Part shown: positions 35,501 through 51,268 of the stretch, in pieces | Position numbering within the stretch: the first letter of the stretch is position 1 | Layout of the letters: every line of letters begins with the position of its first letter | NCBI GenBank assembly: GCA_964016885.1 | Contig: OZ024756.1 | Span: forward strand, 43,338,001 to 43,402,000 | DNA from: Eledone cirrhosa | Taxonomy: Eukaryota | Length of the DNA stretch: 64,000 nucleotides | Direction: 5' to 3' | Notes under the pieces: generated by a model | What the model saw: the letters and a program-made list of their open reading frames with translations, nothing else | The model's database searches: none | Told to the model about the DNA's origin: nothing | Program-made: the position numbers and the translations under genes

Positions 35501-38500
35501 TAGAGAGAGACATTGCACACACACAAGAGCACAGACATTGGACACCCACTAGAGACAGACATTGGACACACACTAGAGACAGACATTGGACACACACTAG
35601 AGACATACATTGGACACACACTAGAGACAGACATTGGACACACACACTAGAGACAGACATTGGACACCCACTAGAGACAGACATTGGAGACACACACTAG
35701 AGACAGTCATTGGACACACACTAGATATAGACATTGTATACATTAGAGACAGACATTGGACACACACTAGAGACAGACATTGGACACACACTAGAGAGAG
35801 TCATTGGACACACACTAGAGACAGACATTGGACACACACTAGAGACAGACATTAGACATACACACTAGAGACAGACATTGGACACACACTAGAGACAGAC
35901 ATTGGACACACACTAGAGACAGAGATTGGACACACACTAGAGACAGACATTAGACACACGCTAGAGACAAACGTGGGACACACACACTAGAGACAGACAT
36001 TGTACACACACTAGAGACAGACATTGTACACACACTAGAGACAGACATTGGACACACAAACTAGAGACAGACATTGGACACACACTAGAGACAGATATTA
36101 GACACACGCTAGAGACAGACATTTGACACACACTAGAGACAGACATTGGACACACACACTAGAGACAGACATTGGACACACACTAGAGACAGGCATTGGA
36201 TAAACACTAGAGATAGACATTGGACACACACTAGAGACACACATTGGACACACACACTAGAGACAGACATTGGACACACGTTTGAGACAGACATTAGACA
36301 CGCACTAGAGACACATTGGACACACACTAGAGAGAGACATTAGACACACACTAGAGACAGACATTGGACAGTCACTAGAGACAGACATTGGACATACACT
36401 AAAGACAGACATTGGACACACATTAGAGACAGATATTGGACACACATTAGAGACAGACATTGGACACACACTAGAGAGAGAAATTGGACACACACTAGAG
36501 AGAGACATTGGACACACACTAGAGATAGACATTGTATACATTAGAGACAGACATTGGACACACACTAGAGACAGACATTGGACACACACACTAGAGACAG
36601 ACGTTGGACACACACTAGAGACAGACATTGGAAACACACTAGAGACAGACATTGGACACACACTAGATACAGCCATTAGACACACACTAGAGACAGGCAT
36701 TAGACACACACTAGATACAGCCATTAGACACACACTAGAGACAGACATTAGACACACACACTAGAGACAGACATTGGACACACACCAGAGACAGACATTG
36801 GACACACACTAGAGACAGACATTGGACACACACTAGAGACAGACGTTGGACACACATTAGAGACAGATATTGGACACACATTAGAGACAGACATTGGACA
36901 CACACTAGAGAGAGACATTGCACACACACAAGAGCACAGACATTGGACACCCACTAGAGACAGACATTGGACACACACTAGAGACAGACATTGGAGACAC
37001 ACACTAGAGACAGTCATTGGACACACACTAGAGATAGACATTGGACACACACTAGAGACAGACATTGGACACACACTAGAGAGAGTCATTGGACACACAC
37101 TAGAGACAGACATTGGACACACACTAGAGACAGACATTGGACACACACTAGAGACAGACATTAGACACACGCTAGAGACAAACGTGGGACACACACACTA
37201 GAGACAGACATTGTACACACACTAGAGACAGACATTGGACACACAAACTAGAGACAGACATTAGACACACACTAGAAACAGATATTAGACACACGCTAGA
37301 GACAGACATTTGACACACACAAGAGACAGACATTGGACACACACACTACAGACAGACATTGGACACACACTAGAGACAGGCATTGGATACACACTAGAGA
37401 TAGACATTGGACGCACACTAGATACAGACATTGGACACACACTAGAGACATACATTGGACACACACTAGATACAGACATTGGACACACACACTAGAGATA
37501 GACATTGGACACACACTAGAGACAGACATTGGACACACACTAGAGACAGACATTGGACACACACTAGAGACAGACATTGGACACACACTCGAGACAGACA
37601 TTGGACACACACTAGAGACAGACATTGGACACACACACTAGAGACAGACATTGGACACCCACTAGAGAGAGAAATTGGACACACACTAGAGAGAGACATT
37701 GCACACACACAAGAGCACAGACATTGGACACCCACTAGAGACAGACATTGGACACACACTAGAGACAGACATTGGACACACACACTAGAGACAGACATTG
37801 GACACGCACTAGAGAGAGAAATTGGATACACACTAGAGAGAGACATTGCACACACACAAGAGCACAGACGTTGGACACCCACTAGAGACAGACATTGGAC
37901 ACACACTAGAGACAGACATTGGACACACACTAGAGACAGACATTGGACACACACTAGAGACAGACATTGGACACACACACTAGAGACAGACATTGGACAC
38001 CCACTAGAGACAGACATTGGAGACACACACTAGAGACAGTCATTGGACACACACTAGAGATAGACATTGTATACATTAGAGACAGACATTGGACACACAC
38101 TAGAGACAGACATTGGACACACACTAGAGAGAGTCATTGGACACACACTAGAGACAGACATTGGACACACACTAGAGACAGACATTAGACATACAGACTA
38201 GAGACAGACATTGGACACACACTAGAGACAGACATTGGACACACACTAGAGACAGACATTGGACACACACTAGAGACAGACATTGGACACACACACTAGA
38301 GACAGACATTGGACACACACTAGAGACAGACATTGGAAACACACTAGAGACAGACATTGGACACACACTAGATACAGCCATTAGACACACACTAGAGACA
38401 GGCATTAGACACACACTAGATACAGCCATTAGACACACACTAGAGACAGACATTAGACACACACACTAGAGACAGACATTGGACACACACCAGAGACAGG

Positions 38501-41500
38501 CATTGGACACACACTAGAGACAGACATTGGACACACACTAGAGACAGATGTTGGACACACATTAGAGACAGATATTGGACACACATTTGAGACAGACATT
38601 GGACACACACTAGAGACAGACATTGGACACACACTAGAGACAGACATTGGACACACACTAGAGACAGACATTAGGCACACACTAGAGACAGCCATTGGAC
38701 ACACATTAGAGACAGATATGGGACACACACTAGAGACAGACATTGGACACACACTAGAGACAGACGTTGGACACACATTAGAGACAGACATTGGACACAC
38801 ACTGGAGACAGACATTAGACATACACACTAGAGACAGACATTGGACACACACTAGAGACAGACATTGGACACACACTAGAGACAGACATTGGACACACAC
38901 TAGAGACAGACATTGGACACACACTAGAGACAGACATTGGACACACACTAGAGACAGACATTGGACACACACTAGAGACAGACATTGGACACACACCAGA
39001 GACAGACATTGGACACATACGAGAGACAGACATTAGACACACACTAGAGACAGACATTGGACACACACCAGAGACAGACATTGGACACACACTAGAGACA
39101 GACATTGGACACACACTAGAGAGAGACATTGGACACACACTAGAGAGAGACATTGGACACACACTAGAGACAGACATTGGACACACACTAGAGACAGTCA
39201 TTGGACACACACTAGAGACAGACATTAGACATACACACTAGAGACAGACATTGGACACACACTAGAGACAAACATTGGACACACACTAGAGACAGACATT
39301 GGACACACACTAGAGACAGACATTAGACACACGCTAGAGACAAACGTGGGACACACACACTAGAGACAGACATTGTACACACACTAGAGACAGACATTGT
39401 ACACACACTAGAGACAGACATTGGACACACAAACTAGAGACAGACATTAGACACACACTAGAAACAGATATTAGACACACGCTAGAGACAGACATTTGAC
39501 ACACACTAGAGACAGACATTGGACACACACACTAGAGACAGATATTGGACACACACTAGATACAGACATTGGACACACACTAGAGACAGACATTGGACAC
39601 ACACACTAGAGACAGACATTGGACACCCACTAGAGAGAGAAATTGGACACACACTAGAGAGAGACATTGCACACACACAAGAGCACAGACATTGGACACC
39701 CACTAGAGACAGACATTGGACACACACTAGAGACAGACATTGGACACACACACTAGAGACAGACATTGGACACGCACTAGAGAGAGAAATTGGACACACA
39801 CTAGAGAGAGACATTGCACACACACAAGAGCACAGACATTGGACACACACTAGAGACAGATATTGGACACACACTAGAGACAGACATTGGACACACACTA
39901 GAGACAGACATTGGACACACACTAGAGACAGACATTGGACACACACACTAGAGACAGACATTGGACACCCACTAGAGACAGACATTGGAGACACACACTA
40001 GAGACAGTCATTGGACACACACTAGAGATAGACATTGTATACATTAGAGACAGACATTGGACACACACTAGAGACAGACATTGGATACACACTAGAGAGA
40101 GTCATTGGACACACACTAGAGACAGACATTGGACACACACTAGAGACAGATATTGGACACACACTAGAGACAGACATTGGACACACACACTAGAGACAGA
40201 CATTGGACACCCACTAGATACAGACATTGGACACCAACTAGAGACAGACATTGGAAATACACTAGAGACAGATATTGGACACACACACTAGAGACAGACA
40301 TTGGACACACACTAGAGACAGACATTGGAAACACACTAGAGACAGACATTGGACACACACTAGAGAGAGACATTAGACACACACTAGAGACAGACATTAG
40401 ACACACACACTAGAGACAGACATTGGACACACACCAGAGACAGACATTGGACACACACTAGAGACAGACATTAGACACACACTAGAGACTGACATTGGAC
40501 ACACACCAGAGACAGACATTGGACACACACTAGAGACAGACATTGAACACACACTAGAGAGAGACATTGGACACACACTAGAGAGAGACATTGGACACAC
40601 ACTAGAGACAGACATTGGACACACACTATAGACAGTCATTGGACACACACTAGAGAAAGACATTAGACATACACACTAGAGACAGACATTGGACACACAC
40701 TAGAGACAGACATTGGACACACACTAGAGACAGACATTGGACACACACTAGAGACAGACATTAGACACACGCTAGAGACAAACGTGGGACACACACACTA
40801 GAGACAGACATTGTACACACACTAGAGACAGACATTGTACACACACTAGAGACAGACATTGGACACACACACTAGAGACAGACATTGGACACACACTAGA
40901 GATAGACATTGGACACACACTAGAGACACACATTGGACACACACACTAGAGACAGACATTGGACACACGTTTGAGACAGACATTAGACACGCACTAGAGA
41001 CACATTGGACACACACTAGAGAGAGACATTAGACACACACCAGAGACAGACATTGGACAGGCACTAGAGACAGACATTGGACATACACTAGAGACAGGCA
41101 TTGGATACACGCTAGAGATAGACATTGGACACACACTAGAGACACACATTGGACACACACACTAGAGACAGACATTGGACACACGTTTGAGACAGACATT
41201 AGACACGCACTAGAGACACATTGGACACACACTAGAGACAGACATTGGACATACACTAAAGAGAGACATTAGACACACACTAGAGACATACATTGGACAC
41301 ACACTATAGACAGACATTGGACACACACTAGAGACAGACATTGGACACACATTAGAGACAGATATTGGACACACACTAGAGACAGACATTGGACACCCAC
41401 TAGAGACAGACATTGGAGACACACACTAGAGACAGTCATTGGACACACTAGAAAGAGATATTGGACACACACTAGAGACAGACATTGGACACACACACTA

Positions 41501-44500
41501 GAGACAGACATTGGACACACACTAGAGACAGACATTGGACACACACTAGAGAGAGACATTGAATACACACACTAGACAGACATTGGACACACACTAGAGA
41601 CAGACAATGGACACACACCAGAGACAGACATTGGACACACACTAGAGACAGACATTGAATACACACATTAGACAGATATTGGACACACACTAGAGAGAGA
41701 TATTGGACACACACTAGAGACAGACATTGGACACACACTAGAGACTGACATTGGACACACACTAGAGACAGACATTGTATACATTAGAGACAGACATTGG
41801 ACACACACTAGAGACAGACATTGGACACACACTAGAGAGAGTCATTGGACACACACTAGAGACAGACATTGGACACACACTAGAGACAGACATTAGACAT
41901 ACAGACTAGAGACAGACATTGGACACACACTAGAGACAGACATTGGACACACACTAGAGACAGACATTGGACACACACTAGAGACAGACATTGGACACAC
42001 ACACTAGAGACAGACATTGGACACACACTAGAGACAGACATTGGAAACACACTAGAGACAGACATTGGACACACACTAGATACAGCCATTGGACACACAC
42101 TAGAGACAGGCATTAGACACACACTAGATACAGCCATTAGACACACACTAGAGACAGACATTAGACACACACACTAGAGACAGACATTGGACACACACCA
42201 GAGACAGGCATTGGACACACACTAGAGACAGTCATTGGACACACACTAGAGACAGACGTTGGACACACATTAGAGACAGATATTGGACACACATTAGAGA
42301 CAGACATTGGACACACACTAGAGACAGACATTGGACACACACTAGAGACAGACATTGGACACACACTAGAGACAGACATTAGGCACACACTAGAGACAGC
42401 CATTGGACACACATTAGAGACAGATATGGGACACACACTAGAGACAGACATTGGACACACACTAGAGACAGACGTTCGACACACATTAGAGACAGACATT
42501 GGACACACACTAGAGACAGACATTAGACATACACACTAGAGACAGATATTGGACACACACTAGAGACAGACATTGGACACACACTAGAGACAGACATTGG
42601 ACACACACTAGAGACAGACATTGGACACACACTAGAGACAGACATTGGACACACACTAGAGACAGACATTGGACACACACTAGAGACAGACATTGGACAC
42701 ACACCAGAGACAGACATTGGACACATACGAGAGACAGACATTAGACACACACTAGAGACAGACATTGGACACACACCAGAGACAGACATTGGACACACAC
42801 TAGAGACAGACATTGGACACACACTAGAGAGAGACATTGGACACACACTAGAGAGAGACATTGGACACACACTAGAGACAGACATTGGACACACACTAGA
42901 GACAGTCATTGGACACACACTAGAGACAGACATTAGACATACACACTAGAGACAGACATTGGACACACACTAGAGACAAACATTGGACACACACTAGAGA
43001 CAGACATTGGACACACACTAGAGACAGACATTAGACACACGCTAGAGACAAACGTGGGACACACACACTAGTGACAGACATTGTACACACACTAGAGACA
43101 GACATTGTACACACACTAGAGACAGACATTGGACACACAAACTAGAGACAGACATTAGACACACACTAGAAACAGATATTAGACACACGCTAGAGACAGA
43201 CATTTGACACACACTAGAGACAGACATTGGACACACACACTAGAGACAGATATTGGACACACACTAGATACAGACATTGGACACACACTAGAGACAGACA
43301 TTGGACACACACACTAGAGACAGACATTGGACACCCACTAGAGAGAAAAATTGGACACACACTAGAGAGAGACATTGCACACACACAAGAGCACAGACAT
43401 TGGACACCCACTAGAGACAGACATTGGACACACACTAGAGACAGACATTGGACACACACACTAGAGACAGACATTGGACACGCACTAGAGAGAGAAATTG
43501 GACACACACTAGAGACAGACATTGGACACCCACTAGAGACAGACATTGGAGACACACACTAGAGACAGTCATTGGACACACACTAGAGATAGACATTGTA
43601 TACATTAGAGACAGACATTGGACACACACTAGAGACAGACATTGGATACACACTAGAGAGAGTCATTGGACACACACTAGAGACAGACATTGGACACACA
43701 CTAGAGACAGATATTGGACACACACTAGAGACAGACATTGGACACACACACTAGAGACAGACATTGGACACCCACTAGAGACAGACATTGGACACCAACT
43801 AGAGACAGACATTGGAAATACACTAGAGACAGATATTGGACACACACACTAGAGACAGACATTGGACACACACTAGAGACAGACATTGGAAACACACTAG
43901 AGACAGACATTGGACACACACTAGAGAGAGACATTAGACACACACTAGAGACAGACATTAGACACACACACTAGAGACAGACATTGGACACACACCAGAG
44001 ACAGACATTGGACACACACTAGAGACAGACATTAGACACACACTAGAGACTGACATTGGACACACATCAGAGACAGACATTGGACACACACTAGAGACAG
44101 ACATTGGACACACACTAGAGAGAGACATTGGACACACACTAGAGAGAGACATTGGACACACACTAGAGACAGACATTGGACACACACTATAGACAGTCAT
44201 TGGACACACACTAGAGATAGACATTAGACATACACACTAGAGACAGACATTGGACACACACTAGAGACAGACATTGGACACACACTAGAGACAGACATTG
44301 GACACACACTAGAGACAGACATTAGACACACGCTAGAGACAAACGTGGGACACACACACTAGAGACAGACATTGTACACACACTAGAGACAGACATTGTA
44401 CACACACTAGAGACAGACATTGGACACACACACTAGAGACAGACATTGGACACACACTAGAGATAGACATTGGACACACACTAGAGACACACATTGGACA

Positions 44501-45000
44501 CACACACTAGAGACAGACATTGGACACACGTTTGAGACAGACATTAGACACGCACTAGAGACACATTGGACACACACTAGAGAGAGACATTAGACACACA
44601 CCAGAGACAGACATTGGACAGGCACTAGAGACAGGCATTGGATACACACTAGAGATAGACATTGGACACACACTAGAGACACACATTGGACACACACACT
44701 AGAGACAGACATTGGACACACGTTTGAGACAGACATTAGACACGCACTAGAGACACATTGGACACACACTAGAGACAGACATTGGACATACACTAAAGAC
44801 AGACATTAGACACACACTAGAGACATACATTGGACACACACTATAGACAGACATTGGACACACACTAGAGACAGACATTGGACACACATTAGAGACAGAT
44901 ATTGGACACACACTAGAGACAGACATTGGACACCCACTAGAGACAGACATTGGAGACACACACTAGAGACAGTCATTGGACACACACTAGAAAGAGATAT
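23550..45000. repeat. HOR domain with periods ~755, 3770/3796, 5206-5278, 3708 and 3561 bp
   Basis: Offsets: 23549/24304 (+755); 24880/28650 (+3770); 26887/30683 (+3796); 29585/34815 (+5230); 32260/37466 (+5206); 38172/41880 (+3708); 40164/43725 (+3561). The markers AAACGTGGGAC and CAGCCATTAGAC characterise this domain. Confidence 0.9.
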
Positions 45001-45399
45001 TGGACACACACTAGAGACAGACATTGGACACACACACTAGAGACAGACATTGGACACACACTAGAGACAGACATTGGACACACACTAGAGAGAGACATTG
45101 AATACACACACTAGACAGACATTGGACACACACTAGGCACAGACAATGGACACACACCAGAGACAGACATTGGACACACACTAGAGACAGACATTGAATA
45201 CACACATTAGACAGATATTGGACACACACTAGAGAGAGATATTGGACACACACTAGAGACAGACATTGGACACACACTAGAGACTGACATTGGACACACA
45301 CTAGAGACAGACATTGGACACACACCATAGACAGACATTGGACACACACTAGAGACAGACATTGAATACACACACTAGACAGATATTGGACACACACTA

Positions 45400-47600
45400 G
45401 AGACAGATATTGGACACACACACTAGAGACAGACATTAGACACACACTAGAGACAGACATTGGACACACACTAGAGACAGACATTGGACACACACTAGAG
45501 ACAGACATTGGACACACACTAGAGACAGACATTGAATACACACACTAGACAGACATTGGACACACACTAGAGACAGACAATGGACACACAGCAGAGACAG
45601 ACATTGGACACACTCTAGAGCCAGACATTGAATACACACACTAGACAGACATTGGACACACACTAGAGACAGACATTGGACACACACTAGAGACTGACAT
45701 TGGACACACACTAGAGACAGACATTGGACACACACCATAGACAGACATTGGACACACACTAGAGACAGACATTGAATACACACACTAGACAGATATTGGA
45801 CACACACTAGAGACAGATATTGGACACACACTAGAGACAGACATTAGACACACACTAGAGACAGACATTGGACACACACTAGAGACAGACATTGGACACA
45901 CACACTAGACAGACATTGGACACACACTAGAGAGAGAGCCATTGGACACACACCATAGACAGACATTGGACACACACTAGAGACAGACATTGAATACACA
46001 CACTAGACAGACATTGGCCACACACTAGAGACAGATATTGGACACACACTAGAGACAGACATTAGACACACACTAGAGACAGACATTGGACACACACTAG
46101 AGACAGACATTGGACACACACTAGAGACAGACATTGTACACACACTAGAGACAGACATTGGACACACACTAGGGACAGACATTGGACACACACTAGAGAC
46201 AGACATTGGACACACACTAGAGACAGACATTGGACACACACTAGAGACAGACATTGGACACACACTAGAGACAGACATTGGACACACACTAGAGAGAGAC
46301 ATTGGACACACACTAGAAACAGACATTGGACACACAATAGAGACAGACATAGGACACACACCAGAGACAGACATTGGACACACACTAGAGACAGACATTG
46401 GATACACACTAGAGACAGACATTGGACACACACTAGAGACCGACATTGGACACACACCAGAGACAGATATTGGAGACACACTAGAGACAGACATTGAATA
46501 CACACACTAGACAGATATTGGACACACACTAGAGACAGATATTGGACACACACACTAGAGACAGACATTAGACACACACTAGAGACAGACATTGGACACA
46601 CACTAGAGACAGACATTGGACACACACTAGAGACAGACATTGGACACACACTAGAGACAGACATTGAATACACACACTAGACAGACATTGGACACACACT
46701 AGAGACAGACAATGGACACACACCAGAGACAGACATTGGACACACACTAGAGACAGACATTGAATACACACACTAGACAGACATTGGACACACACTAGAG
46801 ACAGACATTGGACACACACTAGAGACTGACATTGGACACACACTAGAGACAGACATTGGACACACACCATAGACAGACATTGGACACACACTAGAGACAG
46901 ACATTGAATACACACACTAGACAGATATTGGACACACACTAGAGACAGATATTGGACACACACTAGAGACAGACATTAGACACACACTAGAGACAGACAT
47001 TGGACACACACTAGAGACAGACATTGGACACACACACTAGACAGACATTGGACACACACTAGAGAGAGAGCCATTGGACACACACCATAGACAGACATTG
47101 GACACACACTAGAGACAGACATTGAATACACACACTAGACAGACATTGGCCACACACTAGAGACAGATATTGGACACACACTAGAGACAGACATTAGACA
47201 CACACTAGAGACAGACATTGGACACACACTAAAGACAGACATTGGACACACACTAGAGACAGACATTGTACACACACTAGAGACAGACATTGGACACACA
47301 CTAGGGACAGACATTGGACACACACTAGAGACAGACATTGGACACACACTAGAGACAGACATTGGACACACACTAGAGACAGACATTGGACACACACTAG
47401 AGACAGACATTGGACACACACTAGAGAGAGACATTGGACACACACTAGAGACAGACATTGGACACACAATAGAGACAGACATAGGACACACACCAGAGAC
47501 AGACATTGGACACACTAGAGACAGACATTGGATACACACTAGAGACAGACATTGGACACACACTAGAGACCGACATTGGACACACACCAGAGACAGATAT
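45400..47600. repeat. Higher-order duplication, period 1132 bp
   Basis: Offsets 45436/46568 and 46003/47135 are both +1132. Markers are CATTGAATACAC, CACCATAGAC and GAGAGAGCCATTGG. Confidence 0.85.
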
Positions 47601-50399
47601 TGGAGACACAATAGAGACAGACATTGGACACACAGTAGAGACACACATTGGACACACACTAGAGAGAGACATTGGACACACACTAGAGACAGACATTGTA
47701 CACACACTAGACAGACATTAGACACACACTAGAGACAGACATTAGACACACATACTAGAGACAGACATTGGACACACACACTAGAGACAGACATTAGACA
47801 CACACACTAGAGACTTTGGACATCCACACTAGATACAGACATTGGACACGCACTAGAGACAGACATTAGACACACACAATAGAGACAGACATTGAACACG
47901 CACTAGAGACATACTTTAGACAGACACTAGAGACAGACATTAGACACACGCTAGAGACAGACATTGCACACACACACTAGAGACAGACATTGGACACACA
48001 CTAGAGACAGACATTGGACACACATTATAGACAGACATTGGACACACACTAGAGACAGGCATTGGACACACACACTAGAGACTGACATTAGACACACACT
48101 AGAAACAGACATTGGACACACACTAGAGAGAGACATTGGACACACACACTAGAGACAGACATTGGACACACACTAGAGACAGACATTGGACACACACTAG
48201 AGACTGATATTGGACACACACTAGAGACTGACATTGGGCACACACTAGAGACATACATTGGACACACACTAGAGACTGATATTGGAGACACACTAGAGAC
48301 AGACATTGGACACACACTAGATACAGACATTGGACACACACTAGAGACAGACATTGGACACACAGTAGAGACAGACATTGGACACACACTAGAGACAGAC
48401 ATTGGACACACACTAGAGACAGATATTGGACACACACTAGAGACAGACATTGGACACACACACTAGAGACAGACATTAGACACACACTAGAGAGATATAT
48501 TGGACACACACTAGAGACAGACATTGGACACACACTATTGACAGACATTGGACGCACACTAGAGACAGACATTGGACACACACACTAGAGTCAGACATTG
48601 GACACACACACTAGAGTCAGACATTAGACACACACTAGAGACAGACATTGGACACACACTAGAGACAGACATTGGACACACACTAGAGACAGACATTGGA
48701 CACACACTAGACAGACATTGGACACACAATAGAGACAGACATTGGACACACACTAGAGAAAGACATTGGACACACACTAGAGACAGACATTAGACACACA
48801 CTAGAGACAGACATTGGACACACACTAGAGACAGACATTGGACACACACTAGAGACAGACATTGGACACACACTAGAGACAGACATTGGACAAACACTAG
48901 AGATAGACATTGGACACACACTAGAGAAAGACATTGGACACACACTAGAGACAGACATTGGACACGCACACTAGGGACAGACATTGGACACACACTAGAG
49001 ACAGACATTGGACACACACTAGATACAGACATTGGACACACAGTAGAGACAGACATTGGACACACAGTAGAGACAGACATTGGACACACACTAGATACAG
49101 ACATTGGACACACACTAGAGACAGACATTGGACACACACTAGAGACAGACATTGGACACACACTAGAGACAGACACTGGACACACACTAGAGACAGACAT
49201 TGGACACACACACTAGAGTCAGACATTGGACACACTAGAGACAGACATTGGACACACACTAGAGACAGACATTGGACAAACACTAGAGATAGACATTGGA
49301 CACACACTAGATAGACATTGGACACACACTAGAGACAGACATTGAACACACAGTAGAGACAGACATTGGACACACACTAGATACAGACATTGGACACACA
49401 CTAGATACAGACATTGGACACACACTAGAGACAGACATTAGACACACACTAGAGAGAGATATTGGACACACACTAAAGACAGACATTAGACACACACTAG
49501 AGACAGACATTGGACACACACTAGAGACAGACACTGGACACACACTAGAGACAGACATTGGACACACACACTAGAGTCAGACATTAGACACACACTAGAG
49601 AGAGACATTGGACACACACTAGAGACAGACATTGGACACACACTATAGACAGACATTGGACACACACTAGAGACAGACATTGGACACACACTAGACAGAC
49701 ATTGGACACACAATAGAGACAGACATTGGACACACACTAGAGAGAGACATTGGACACACACTAGAGACAGACATTGGACACACACTAGAGACAGACATTG
49801 GACACACACAAGAGACAGACATTGGACAAACACTAGAGATAGACATTGGACACACACTAGAGAAAGACATTGGACACACACTAGAGACAGACATTGGACA
49901 CACACACTAGAGACAGACATTGGACACACACTAGGGACAGACATTGGACACACACTAGAGACAGACATTGGACACACACTAGAGACTGATATTGGACACA
50001 CACTAGAGACTGACATTGGACACACACTAGAGGCAGACATTGGACACACACTAGAGACTGGCATTGGACACACACTAGAGACTGATATTGGACAGACACT
50101 AGAGACTGACATTGGACACACACTAGAAACAGACATTGGACACACACTAGAGACAGACATTGGACACACACTAGAGACTGATATTGGACACACACTAGAG
50201 ACAGACATTGGACACACATTAGAGAGAGACATTGGACACACATTAGACACTGATATTGGACACACACTAGAGACTGACATTGGACACACACTAGAGACTG
50301 ATATTGGACACACACTAGAGACAGACATTGGACACACACTAGAGACAGACATTGGACACACACTAGAGACTGACATTGGACACACACACTAGAGTGAAA

Positions 50400-51180
50400 C
50401 ATACACACAAAGACAGAGGAAACATTACATTACGCAGACACATACACACATATATACATACATACACACACATACAAACAGTCATACATACACACAGATA
50501 TACATACATACACACACATACAAACAGGCATACATACACATACAAACAGATATACATACATACACACACATACAAACAGTCATACATACACATACATACA
50601 GATATACATACATACACACCCATACAAACAGTCATACATACACATACACACTTATATACATACATACACATACAAACAGTCATACATACACATACACACA
50701 TATATACATACATACACACACATACAAACAGTCATACATACATATACACACAGATATACATACATACACACACATACAAACAGTCATACATACACATACA
50801 CACATATATACATACATACACACACATACAAACAGTCACATATACACATATATACATACATACACACACATACAAACAGACATACATACACATACACACG
50901 TATATGCATACATACACATACACACGTATATGCATACATACACAACAAAACAGTCATACATACACATACACACAGATATACATACACAAACATACAAACA
51001 GTCATACATACACATATACACAGATATACATACATACACATACAAACAGTCATACATACACATACAAACAGTCATACATACATACACACACATACAAACA
51101 GATACATACATACACACACGTACAAACAGTCACCCATACACATACACACACATACATACATGTGCACACATATATATGTA
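50400..51180. repeat. CA/TA-rich compound mini/microsatellite with variable ~30-56-bp units anchored on CATACAAACAG(T/A)CATAC
   Basis: Read directly: the motif CATACAAACAG recurs more than 10 times amid (CATA)/(CA) runs. Confidence 0.95.
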
Positions 51181-51262
51181 ATATAGATAAAATTAAAAAC
51201 AATAAGTATTTCTAACTGAAATGAAACAACAAAAGTGATGACTAATGAGAAAATGGAATAAA

Positions 51263-51268
51263 ACTTAC
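51263..51268 (-). promoter_or_regulatory. 5' splice donor A|GTAAGT of Ig exon B
   Basis: The + strand ACTTAC at 51263-51268 is a perfect GTAAGT, in phase 1 relative to the ORF frame. Confidence 0.85.

Larger units (their letters stand above)
1..50394. repeat. 24-bp satellite array (consensus CTAGAGACAGACATTGGACACACA), roughly 2,050-2,100 monomers; open at the left window edge
   Basis: Continuous tandem repeat read directly. Monomer length varies mostly by +/-2 nt (22/26/28) through AC or AG slippage. It ends at ...CTAGAG|TGAAAC near 50394. Copy number is estimated as length/~24.3. Confidence 0.99.

Noticed and set aside
1-50394. Hundreds of ORFs encoding HTLETDIG, THTRDRHW, CPMSVSSV or VCVQCLSL repeats
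   Set aside because: These are artefacts of a 24-nt unit being a multiple of 3. The +/-2-nt indels shift frame every few monomers, showing no coding constraint. The same applies to 53095-64000.
1-50394. 146/170-bp spacing of 26-bp monomers as a nucleosome-positioning code
   Set aside because: These values are simply 24n+2, and spacings of 50, 74 and 122 are also common; no enrichment could be shown by eye.
50363-51215. 279-aa His/Thr/Tyr/Ile ORF and antisense Cys/Val/Met ORFs
   Set aside because: They are translations of CA/TA low-complexity repeat.
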